The position numbers and the translations under genes were made by a program. A model generated the notes under the pieces. That model ran no database searches. It was given only the letters and a program-made list of their open reading frames with translations, and had not been told where the DNA came from. From Thiothrix sp. (GTDB taxonomy: Bacteria > Pseudomonadota > Gammaproteobacteria > Poriferisulfidales > GCA-002705445): a stretch of DNA of 64,000 nucleotides. The stretch covers positions 208,263 through 272,262 of the forward strand of contig JAYQIN010000002.1 in assembly GCA_038141665.1 (NCBI GenBank). The letters run 5' to 3'. Below are positions 1 to 8,724 of the stretch, one piece after another. Each line of letters opens with the position of its first letter. Positions within the stretch are counted from its first letter, which is position 1.

Positions 1-668
1 ATTACACCTCTGAATTGTCCACTGTTAACTTATTGAGTGCATTTGGCGTTTTCATAATTTTAATGTGGTTAAATTACATTAATGTAAGGATCGTTAGCAT
101 ATATTTGTTTGGCGGTTTATTTTTATGGTACTTTATCTTACATTCTGGAGTTCATACGACCATTGCAGGAGTTATTCTAGCTGCAACAATCCCATTATCT
201 ATTAAAGATAGCAGTCATTCGCCTGCAAGATATTTAGAGGAAAAGTTACATACTTTTTCAGGATTTGTGATTTTGCCGTTATTTGCTTTTTTTAATGCAG
301 ATATAAACTTGGATTCCATAAATTTAAGCTCTTTATCAAATCCAGTTCCATTAGGTATCATGCTTGGTCTATTAATTGGGAAACCGATAGGAATAACATT
401 ACTAACTTATATATCAATTAAACTAAAAATTTGCTCGCTACCAAACAATGTAACTATGTATGATATATTGGGAGTTTCTCTTCTTTGCGGTATAGGTTTC
501 ACAATGAGTTTATTTATTAACGCTTTAGCATTTCCTGAAGCTAATCAAGTTATAAATTTCGGACAAGAGTATTCAAAATCAGGAATATTCTTTGGATCTA
601 TTTTATCTGGTATCATAGGATATATAATATTAAAAATAAGAATAAGTAAAAATGCAGAGCAAGAATAA
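1..668 (+). CDS. nhaA: Na+/H+ antiporter NhaA, C-terminal ~220 aa; N-terminus lies upstream of the window
   Basis: The reading frame is open from the window edge, and the ORF-track start at 15 is a TTG. The translation matches the C-terminal half of NhaA (LKSGVHxTxAGV, ILPLFAFxNA, GILCGIGFTMS). Confidence 0.8.
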   Translation, partial: YTSELSTVNLLSAFGVFIILMWLNYINVRIVSIYLFGGLFLWYFILHSGVHTTIAGVILAATIPLSIKDSSHSPARYLEEKLHTFSGFVILPLFAFFNADINLDSINLSSLSNPVPLGIMLGLLIGKPIGITLLTYISIKLKICSLPNNVTMYDILGVSLLCGIGFTMSLFINALAFPEANQVINFGQEYSKSGIFFGSILSGIIGYIILKIRISKNAEQE

Positions 669-1680
669 TACTATATATAAAACTATTCTTACATTAAGTG
701 GTTTGATAATAATATTTGCTGGTTTAAAAACTGCTGATAAAATTATTGTTCCTTTTTTTCTTTCTATGTTTCTAGCATTATTATCATTTCCATTATTAAA
801 ATATTTTCAATCTAAAAAAATAAATACTCCTTTTTCAGTTTCTCTAGTATTAATAACTATTGTTTCTATAAGTCTTAGCATAGCTGCTTTGATAGGAACT
901 TCCTTGAATAGCTTTAGAAAATCTTTGCCTACTTATAAAGAAAAATTAACAAGTGAGATTGATAGCATTGTTTTAACTTTTGAGAGATATAATATTGATA
1001 TAGATTCAACTTTTTTATATGAATATGTGGATCCAAATTTTATAATACAATCTGTAGCAAACACTCTCAGTGCTTTTGGAAATGTTTTAACGAATTATTT
1101 TTTAATACTCTTTATCGTGATGTTTACTCTTCTTGAAGCTGCAGGCTTTTCTAATAAAATTAAATTGGCCTTTAAAAACAGCGATAAATCAATAACAAAT
1201 TTTCACACATTTAGTGAAAATATGAACAAGTATCTTACAATTAAAACAATTGTAAGTTTTATCACTGGCATTTTAATATATTTATCTTTAATGGCTTTAG
1301 GTATAGATCATGCGGTCATGTGGGGTTTAGTTGCTTTCTTTCTAAACTATATTCCAAACATTGGCTCAATTATAGCTTCAATACCTGCAATAATTATTGC
1401 TTTTATTCAATTTAACGCTTTATATGCTGTAATTGTGGCAATAATATACCTTTTAGTTAATGTTGTAATGGGAAGTATTATTGAGCCAAAATATCTTGGC
1501 AAAGAACTAGGGTTATCAAGTCTAATAATCTTTTTATCATTAATCTTCTGGGGCTGGCTTTTAGGACCAGTTGGGATGCTATTATCGGTTCCGCTAACCA
1601 TGATTATGAAAATTGCTTTAGAGAGCAATGATGATACTAAATGGATTGCAATTTTACTAAGCAGAAATATTAGTAAGTAA
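652..1680 (+). CDS. AI-2E family (PerM/YhhT-like) membrane transporter
   Basis: 342 aa polytopic membrane protein with an AI-2E-type core (FLNYIPNIGSIIASIPAIIIAF...). Its start overlaps the nhaA stop. Confidence 0.7.
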   Translation: MQSKNNTIYKTILTLSGLIIIFAGLKTADKIIVPFFLSMFLALLSFPLLKYFQSKKINTPFSVSLVLITIVSISLSIAALIGTSLNSFRKSLPTYKEKLTSEIDSIVLTFERYNIDIDSTFLYEYVDPNFIIQSVANTLSAFGNVLTNYFLILFIVMFTLLEAAGFSNKIKLAFKNSDKSITNFHTFSENMNKYLTIKTIVSFITGILIYLSLMALGIDHAVMWGLVAFFLNYIPNIGSIIASIPAIIIAFIQFNALYAVIVAIIYLLVNVVMGSIIEPKYLGKELGLSSLIIFLSLIFWGWLLGPVGMLLSVPLTMIMKIALESNDDTKWIAILLSRNISK

Positions 1681-2272
1681 TACTATTTTTTGAAAAATCA
1701 TTACATATTTTTTTTAATTTATAAAAGTTGTACTTAGATACTATAGAAATTTTTTGGTTTGTAATGAATTTATACTTTAAAAAATCTTTATCTACTAAAT
1801 CTTCTTTTAAAAAGTAACTATTCAAATACTTTTTGCTATTAAATTTAACTGACTTGACCAGTAATAAAGGTGAATTTATTTTGTTAGCTATAGCTAGGGC
1901 AATAGAATCAGAGGTTGAATCCCAATTTTTTGATACTTTCAGATCATCAACATCTTCAATAGAAGGAATCCAAACTAATAATTTTCTTTTTTTTTGATTA
2001 TTTTTAATGCTATCAAGTGAATCTATCTTAGAAAAATTTTTTAAATAAGCAGAGTGATCTATTGTTAATTTTCTCATTGCTTTAATCGCTAACTGATGAG
2101 CCTTGTAATCGTCATAATTTTTTTCTTTTTGAGCTAGTCTAATTTTATCAGCATGCTTCCCTCCACCAAATATTAAAATAAAACTACTGTTAAATTTTAG
2201 CTCAATAGCTCTTATCCATTTTTTTATATATATAGTTGATTGTAAACTTCCGCCTAACTTTACTACTACCAT
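1670..2272 (-). CDS. Amino-acid-kinase-family protein (aspartate/glutamate/uridylate kinase fold), COG2054/MfnE-like small-molecule kinase
   Basis: N-terminal VVKLGGSL glycine-rich kinase motif, followed by FGGGKHADKIR. The 200 aa length fits archaeal-type MfnE-like kinases. Its start overlaps the pabB stop by 7 nt. Confidence 0.55.
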   Translation of the reverse strand: MVVVKLGGSLQSTIYIKKWIRAIELKFNSSFILIFGGGKHADKIRLAQKEKNYDDYKAHQLAIKAMRKLTIDHSAYLKNFSKIDSLDSIKNNQKKRKLLVWIPSIEDVDDLKVSKNWDSTSDSIALAIANKINSPLLLVKSVKFNSKKYLNSYFLKEDLVDKDFLKYKFITNQKISIVSKYNFYKLKKICNDFSKNSITY

Positions 2273-3609
2273 GTAAATTCACCATTTGAAAAATACTTAA
2301 TGAAAATAGAAACTTTTTCTAAACTTTCATAATATTCGTCCTCGGGATTAGAATCATGCACTATTCCTCCGCCTGCAGAAAAACTTAATTTATTTTTATG
2401 CATCATAATTGTTCTAATACATATATTTGTATCCATATTGTTATTTTCATTAAAGTATCCTATAGAGCCACAATACACACCTCTTTTTCTTTTCTCTAAT
2501 TCACTTATAATCTCCATTGATCTTTTTTTTGGCGCGCCTGTTATTGAGCCTCCTGGAAAACATGCTTCTAAAATATTTATAGATGTATTATTTGATTCAA
2601 GCTTTCCTCTAATAGTGCTCACCATGTGGTGAACAGAAGCATAGGATTCAATATCAAACAGTTTTGTTACCTTTACTGAACCAAGTTGGCAACATTTACT
2701 TAGATCATTTCTTAGTAAATCAACTATCATAAGGTTTTCAGATATATTTTTTTCATCATTTTTTAAGATTTTAATTTGATTTTGATCAAGCAAGGCATCT
2801 TCTAGTCTCTTTAGAGTGCCTTTAATAGGCTTTGTTTCAACAATATTTTTATTTACAGATATAAATCTTTCAGGAGAAGAGCTAATTATATGTTTTTTAT
2901 TAAAACTCATATAAGCGGAATAAGGCGCAGGATTAATTTTTCTAATATCTTTGTATGTGTCCCAGGGTTTGCCTTCATAATTCGCAGTAAACTCTTGGGA
3001 ATAATTTACCTGATAACAATCACCGTTTACGATATAGTTTTTGATTTTTTTAACATCTTCAATATATCTAGCTTTAGACGTATTTTGTCTAAAGTTAGAA
3101 TATGTATTGCTATTTATATGATCTTCAATAATAGTATTTTTATCTGAGAACCTCTCTATAATTTCATTAGTCAAATCATTTGGATTTTTAAAAATAATAT
3201 GAGTGATTTTTTCTTCATGATTTACAATTATTACCCAATCATAAAACCCAACAGCAATATCAGGAAAGTCTTCATCATTATTTTCATAATTATTTAATGA
3301 ATCATAGCCAAAGTAACCAATCATTCCAGATGTAAAAGGGAAATCTGTAATATCTGAATTTAGAGAAAAATACTTTTTAATTATATCAAAAGGATTGTCA
3401 TAAAAAGATGACTTCACATCATCCTTCTCTAAGGTAACGTTATTTCCAATACTAGTAATTTTAATATATGGATTACATGTAATAATGTCGAATTTACCAA
3501 ACGAGCCTGAATCGCTGCAACTGTCTAAAAACACAAACCAATCATTATTATTAAGAAAATCACCATATATACATGAATTTTTATGATATTGTATTTTAAC
3601 TTTATTCAT
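2266..3609 (-). CDS. pabB: Aminodeoxychorismate synthase component I (PabB-type chorismate-utilising enzyme)
   Basis: 447 aa with a TrpE/PabB chorismate-binding domain. The PIKGT motif carries the lysine diagnostic of ADC synthase (anthranilate synthases have PIAGT). The C-terminal GGGIVHDSNPEDEYYES signature is present. Confidence 0.8.
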   Translation of the reverse strand: MNKVKIQYHKNSCIYGDFLNNNDWFVFLDSCSDSGSFGKFDIITCNPYIKITSIGNNVTLEKDDVKSSFYDNPFDIIKKYFSLNSDITDFPFTSGMIGYFGYDSLNNYENNDEDFPDIAVGFYDWVIIVNHEEKITHIIFKNPNDLTNEIIERFSDKNTIIEDHINSNTYSNFRQNTSKARYIEDVKKIKNYIVNGDCYQVNYSQEFTANYEGKPWDTYKDIRKINPAPYSAYMSFNKKHIISSSPERFISVNKNIVETKPIKGTLKRLEDALLDQNQIKILKNDEKNISENLMIVDLLRNDLSKCCQLGSVKVTKLFDIESYASVHHMVSTIRGKLESNNTSINILEACFPGGSITGAPKKRSMEIISELEKRKRGVYCGSIGYFNENNNMDTNICIRTIMMHKNKLSFSAGGGIVHDSNPEDEYYESLEKVSIFIKYFSNGEFTW

Positions 3610-4652
3610 AAAATAATATTTTTATCTTCAAAAAAATTTTTAACAACTAATGCTGCTGTAAAATGCTTATATAATATATTTTTATCAATATTATTATTTA
3701 AAATAATATTTTCACTTTCAATCGAGAGATAATTTAAGCTATATTTTTCTGAAAGATCTTTAATCAAAAAACCACCTTCTCCAATTGAAGTTAATGTAAT
3801 TTTCTCTAAATTATTGCCAAGTAAAAAATTTATTTTTTCAAAAATAATATCAATAAATATCTCTTTTATACTACAGCTTATTTTTATAATTTCTTGCTTC
3901 ATATCTTCTTTATAATCTAAACCTATGGATCTTGCTAACCTTTTGTAAGAATTTTCAGCAGTATAATCTAATTTATCGGATCCTACATATTCAAGATCAC
4001 TGAAATCAATATCATTTGTTAAATTAAAAACATCTCCAGTTGTTGAAAAAACCTCATTTACTACAGAGACTTCTTTAGACATAAATTCTAACTTATCCAC
4101 CAACATGGCTATAGGTGTTCGCACCACTCCAGCATAAAAAAGTGTATTATTTATTAATCTTTTGTGATCATTTATATTATCTTCTAAATTCATATTTTTA
4201 TAGACTAAATCAGTAGTTGTTGAGCCTATATCTATAGCAAGGTTAATGTTAGTTAAGTTGTTTACAAATTTTGCAGTGAGCATCCAATTAGTTGAAAAAA
4301 GTTTAGCTGGATTTGCAACAGCATCATCATAGTATAAATATTTATCAGAATTTGTATAAAAAACTTTTTTTCCTGCTATATGTAGATTACAGTTTTTCAA
4401 AATTGACTGCATCGCGGAAATTCTATTATCAAAGTTATCACATGATTCGGCAGTTATCGTAATAAAATTACTAATATTATAATTTTTATATTTTTTAGAC
4501 ACCTCATTAAAAATACTTTTAATATTATCAAAGTCATTCCAAATATTTATATTTTTACACTTTACATCTATGATATTAAAATGTTGATTGAAGACACAAA
4601 ATTTTGTGTTTGCGCCACCAATATCCCATCCTATAAATATATTACTTTTCAT
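3606..4652 (-). CDS. Hydantoinase/oxoprolinase-N-terminal-like ASKHA protein, of the type annotated as H4MPT-linked C1 transfer pathway protein and MfnF-like
   Basis: N-terminal IGWDIGGANTK and a second DIGSTTTD phosphate-binding motif typical of the ASKHA fold. The ~350 aa size matches. ATGA overlaps on both sides indicate translational coupling. Confidence 0.5.
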   Translation of the reverse strand: MKSNIFIGWDIGGANTKFCVFNQHFNIIDVKCKNINIWNDFDNIKSIFNEVSKKYKNYNISNFITITAESCDNFDNRISAMQSILKNCNLHIAGKKVFYTNSDKYLYYDDAVANPAKLFSTNWMLTAKFVNNLTNINLAIDIGSTTTDLVYKNMNLEDNINDHKRLINNTLFYAGVVRTPIAMLVDKLEFMSKEVSVVNEVFSTTGDVFNLTNDIDFSDLEYVGSDKLDYTAENSYKRLARSIGLDYKEDMKQEIIKISCSIKEIFIDIIFEKINFLLGNNLEKITLTSIGEGGFLIKDLSEKYSLNYLSIESENIILNNNIDKNILYKHFTAALVVKNFFEDKNIIL

Positions 4653-5623
4653 TTTGAAATATTTAATGTTATTAGTTTATTATTAGAAATTTTAAAATTA
4701 TATTTATTATTAAATATAGTTAGTGGATTTTTCCCTATACTTTCTTTTAATCCTATATATGAAGTTGTTAATCTTGGATTAATTTCTAAAAAAATAATAT
4801 TATTATTTTTATCTAAAATAGCATCAATACCTAAAAACCCGGAAAAACCTTCAAGGTTTGACAAGATGCTATCTGCAAAAATCTCAAAATTTTTGATCAT
4901 ATGGTTATATTTGCCAATAATAATTTTATCAAGATATATTTCATATTTTGATGAATAGCTATATATTTGCTCATTAATAGAAAGAATTTCTAGCTTACTA
5001 TCTTTCGCTAAGATATTTAAACTTACCACATTTCCAAATATGAAATCTTGAAAAATATGTTTATCTGTTATTTTATCTATGTTTTTTTCCAATTCACTTC
5101 TATTTTTGAAAATAAACAAATTTTGAGCACCTAACCCATCGTTTACTTTAGCAACTATACTTCTATTTTCTGGAATTTTTTTATAATTTTTATGTGTTCT
5201 TACAAGATATTTATTCGAATTTTTATTTAATATTTTGTTTAGATTAATCTTATTGGTTGAGTTATAAATGAATTCGCTACTACAATTTAGTGTTTCTATA
5301 TTTTCATGCTCAAGAAATCTTGTAATATCATACATCATATTATTTTCTTCTGGTGTTAGAATAAGAACCTTATCGTTTGTTTTAATATTATTTGCTATAT
5401 CTTTAGATATATCATATTTATAATTTCTATAAAAATGATTATATTCATTGAGTAATTTTTTATTTTTTTTATTAATCAACAGTGATATCTTTGAATTATT
5501 ATATTCACAACTTAGATCTTTAACTATAGAATCAATGATTAATTTAGCTTCATTAAAAATTAACGGCGAGGAGTCATGCTTTACATGCTCGCCAAAAAAA
5601 TATTCGTAAATTAATATGTTCAT
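4649..5623 (-). CDS. ATP-grasp superfamily ligase (COG2232/MfnD-like carboxylate-amine ligase)
   Basis: C-terminal GIDAILDKNNNIIFLEINPRLTTS matches the carbamoyl-phosphate-synthase-like ATP-grasp motif, and a GLGAQN glycine loop is present. Length is 324 aa. Confidence 0.55.
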   Translation of the reverse strand: MNILIYEYFFGEHVKHDSSPLIFNEAKLIIDSIVKDLSCEYNNSKISLLINKKNKKLLNEYNHFYRNYKYDISKDIANNIKTNDKVLILTPEENNMMYDITRFLEHENIETLNCSSEFIYNSTNKINLNKILNKNSNKYLVRTHKNYKKIPENRSIVAKVNDGLGAQNLFIFKNRSELEKNIDKITDKHIFQDFIFGNVVSLNILAKDSKLEILSINEQIYSYSSKYEIYLDKIIIGKYNHMIKNFEIFADSILSNLEGFSGFLGIDAILDKNNNIIFLEINPRLTTSYIGLKESIGKNPLTIFNNKYNFKISNNKLITLNISK

Positions 5624-5629
5624 AATTTT

Positions 5630-6304
5630 ATGAAATTAATACCTGCATTAGATTTGAAAAATAACAAAATTGTTACCTCATCAATTGGCAACAAGCGTGA
5701 ATATCAAGAAATATCATCAAAATTAGCCCCTTCATCAGACCCTTTAAGGTTCTTAGATTATATCCTTTCACTATATGATTTTAACACAATATATCTAGCA
5801 GATTTAGATTCAATTAAAGGATTTAATGCTGAAAATTTTCTTATCTCGGAGATATTGCAAGAACACAAAAATATTACGTTTATTATAGATAACGGGGTCA
5901 GATTATATTCCCAACTTAATGCTTATAAGTATAGTAATTTTACTCAGATTATTGCAACAGAGACATTTAAGGAATATCAGCTTGTAATAAATGAAGAATA
6001 TAATAATTATATACTTTCTTTAGATATTATTAATAAAAGAATTATTTGCAAGAATAATCAATACAAAAAATTAAAGCCAGAAAAAATTATATTAATGGAC
6101 ATTGATAGTATTGGAAAAAAATCTGGAATCAATTGTAAAAACATTGATTTACTAGGTAATATTTTTCCGAGATCGAAGATTATGCTAGCTGGAGGAATAA
6201 GTGGTAATGAAGATATTATTGAAGCTGAAAAAAAAGGTATTTCAGGAATAATATTATTAACAGCATTGCTGGAAAATAAAATTAATTATGAAAAAAATTT
6301 ATAG
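5630..6304 (+). CDS. HisA/HisF-fold (ProFAR-isomerase-related) TIM-barrel protein, COG1411-like
   Basis: N-terminal MKLIPALDLKNNKIV mirrors HisA IIPAIDLKDGKVV. Internal YLADLD, ILMDIDSIGKKSG and LAGGIS phosphate-binding elements are present. Histidine biosynthesis context is absent. Confidence 0.5.
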   Translation: MKLIPALDLKNNKIVTSSIGNKREYQEISSKLAPSSDPLRFLDYILSLYDFNTIYLADLDSIKGFNAENFLISEILQEHKNITFIIDNGVRLYSQLNAYKYSNFTQIIATETFKEYQLVINEEYNNYILSLDIINKRIICKNNQYKKLKPEKIILMDIDSIGKKSGINCKNIDLLGNIFPRSKIMLAGGISGNEDIIEAEKKGISGIILLTALLENKINYEKNL

Positions 6305-6922
6305 TTTAAATTTTTTTATTATTTCATCTATTATATCTTTTTGAACACTCATTTTGTCTTGAGTTGCATCAATAACCTTTATTCTTTTTTTATTAGAACT
6401 AGCAATTTTTATATAACCATTATAAACATCTTCAAAAAAATTATTATCTAGATTTTCAAATCTATCTTTTGTTTTATTTCTTGGAAACCTTTTCTTTGCT
6501 AATTTATGAGGCAAATCAAAAAAAATTGTTAACTCTGGAATGATATTATCTGTAAAATTATCAACTAATGTTTTAATTTTATTTATATTTACTTTTTTTC
6601 CATAACCTTGATAAGCATACGAAGCATCTATGAATCTATCACAAAGAACCCAATAACCTTCATTTAATTTTGGCACAATAATTTCTTTTATATGTTGATT
6701 TCTTATTGAGAATAATAATAATAACTCTGCTTCCGAAGATATAACTGATTTATTATTTAATAGTATATTTCTAATTGATTCGCCAAATTTTGTTCCACCC
6801 GGTTCACGTGTGCAATAAACTTTTATATTATTTTTTCTAAATATTGTTTTATATAATTTATTGTTGTTGTTTTACCAACACCTTCAATTCCTTCAAAGCT
6901 AATTAATTTTCCAGTTTTCATA
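6299..6922 (-). pseudogene. tmk: Thymidylate kinase with a frameshift in a T6/A6 homopolymer (probably a sequencing indel; functional gene expected)
   Basis: From ATG 6922 the frame reads MKTGKLISFEGIEGVGKTTTINYIKQYLEK (P-loop) and then stops. Adding one A to the run at 6831-6836 restores ...NNIKVYCTREPGGTKFGE... and joins it to ORF 6299-6676. This is the position expected in fabF-pabC-mltG-tmk synteny. Confidence 0.8.
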
Positions 6923-6924
6923 AT

Positions 6925-7920
6925 TTATTTTTGATATTTATTGACAGCTTTCAAATGATCTTTGTAGTTTTTAGAAAATATATGTTTTCCTTTATCATCT
7001 GCTACAAAATACAAGTACTTGTTTTTCTCAGGTTTACTTGCTGCTTTTATTGAGCTCTCTCCAGGAGAGCATATTGGAGTCCTGGGTAAGCCATCGATCT
7101 TATAAGTATTATATTCGTTTACAGTCTGTAAGTCTTTCTTTGTAATATTTCCTCCAAAATCCTTAATTCCATATATGACAGTTGGGTCAGCCTGCAACCT
7201 CATATTTTTATTTATTCTATTTATGAAAACCCCTGATATAATAGCTTTTTCTTCATCTATTGATGTTTCTTTTTCAATAATTGAAGCCATGATTAGCATT
7301 TCATAAGGAGATTTATATGGTAATGAAAAATCTCTGTTTTTCCAATATTTCATTAAAATATTATCCATATTTTTTACACACCTCTCTAAAAAACTATCTA
7401 TAGTTATACCAGAAGAGAATTTATAAGTATCGGGAAAACACGATCCCTCAGGTGAAAGATATTTTATTCTAGACGGAAAGATTTTTTTATAGTAATTTTC
7501 ATTTTTACTATGTTTTACTAGCTTGCTACCTATCAAAGTGTCAATAATCTTTTTATACGTAGAACCTTCATAAATAATCACTGTATCTTGTACAACTTTT
7601 CCATTAATAAATTTTAGGATCATCGTATATTCTGTTTCGTTTTTATCTATCAGATATTTTCCATTGTTAAATGTAGGATTTATATCAAATAAGTAAAGAA
7701 TAACTTTAGCTCTAAAGATGGAATTTAATAATTCTAACGACTTTAAATTTGATAAAGTTTTTGAAATACTATCACCTTGCTTAATTGTGTATGTACTTAA
7801 ATTTTTTGAATAAATATTTTTATTTAAAGAAAAATTTAAAAAAGATAAAAAAAGGAAAAAAAATATAAAAAAAGACAATATGAATATTTTAAATATAATT
7901 TTTTTTTTAAGATAATTCAT
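6925..7920 (-). CDS. mltG: Endolytic murein transglycosylase MltG (YceG)
   Basis: N-terminal TM segment and a YceG-like domain with GLPPTPIxxPG (here GLPRTPICSPG). The gene sits between pabC and tmk as in E. coli. Confidence 0.8.
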   Translation of the reverse strand: MNYLKKKIIFKIFILSFFIFFFLFLSFLNFSLNKNIYSKNLSTYTIKQGDSISKTLSNLKSLELLNSIFRAKVILYLFDINPTFNNGKYLIDKNETEYTMILKFINGKVVQDTVIIYEGSTYKKIIDTLIGSKLVKHSKNENYYKKIFPSRIKYLSPEGSCFPDTYKFSSGITIDSFLERCVKNMDNILMKYWKNRDFSLPYKSPYEMLIMASIIEKETSIDEEKAIISGVFINRINKNMRLQADPTVIYGIKDFGGNITKKDLQTVNEYNTYKIDGLPRTPICSPGESSIKAASKPEKNKYLYFVADDKGKHIFSKNYKDHLKAVNKYQK

Positions 7921-8722
7921 TATTTACTATTTTTATCAATTCTTTAATTAAATTATTTTTTTTATATTTTGTACTTGATATAGATTTTATATTCCATATA
8001 AGTCTGACTGAATTACAAAAAAACGCTGCATCATAATTATTTATGTCCTTTTTATTAATATATTTTTTTATGACGTCGTAATTATTTTTTTTTAAAAGAG
8101 TTATTAAAAAAGCTTTCATTACACCTTCTACACCCGATCTTTCAATTATTGGCGTATAAAATTTTCTATCTTTTATAAAAAATATGTTACTTGATATACC
8201 TTCGATTATATTATTGTGTGTATCACAAAGTATTAATTCGGGGAAATTTTTAGATAGCTCACTTGTTGCTAATACTTGTTCAAGTCTATTAGAGTGCTTA
8301 ATCTTTGATAGATTTTCATTTTCTGTTAGATTTTTTTTTGAAAATTTTGTTTTTATGCCATTATCTGTATATTCCTTTGGATATTTTGGTGCTTTACTTG
8401 TTGTTATTATGATATTGGGTTTATTGTTTACATTATCTATATTGTAACCTCTCCTTATTGCTGTTCCTCGTGTTACATTTATATTTAAGATGCAATTTTT
8501 TTCGTCGACTAGAGCTTTATCTATTTGTTTGCATAAAACACTTAAATCTAAATTAATTATTTTAAGTACTTTGCAGCCTTTTTTTAATCTATTTAGGTGA
8601 GATCTTAAATTATGAGGAATTTTGTTAATTACTAATATTGTTTCGAATATCGAGTCGCCGTATAAGAAGCCTCTGTCAAATATTGAAATACTTGAGCTAG
8701 GTTTTCCATTAACTAAATTCAT
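7907..8722 (-). CDS. pabC: Aminodeoxychorismate lyase (class IV aminotransferase fold)
   Basis: 271 aa fold-type IV PLP enzyme lying immediately downstream of fabF, the conserved pabC position. Confidence 0.7.
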   Translation of the reverse strand: MNLVNGKPSSSISIFDRGFLYGDSIFETILVINKIPHNLRSHLNRLKKGCKVLKIINLDLSVLCKQIDKALVDEKNCILNINVTRGTAIRRGYNIDNVNNKPNIIITTSKAPKYPKEYTDNGIKTKFSKKNLTENENLSKIKHSNRLEQVLATSELSKNFPELILCDTHNNIIEGISSNIFFIKDRKFYTPIIERSGVEGVMKAFLITLLKKNNYDVIKKYINKKDINNYDAAFFCNSVRLIWNIKSISSTKYKKNNLIKELIKIVNNELS

Positions 8723-8724
8723 AA

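Noticed and set aside
2266-3609. Possibility that the chorismate-utilising enzyme is anthranilate synthase TrpE rather than PabB
   Set aside because: The active-site motif is PIKGT with Lys, the ADC-synthase signature, not PIAGT. No trpG, trpD or trpC lie nearby, but pabC does.
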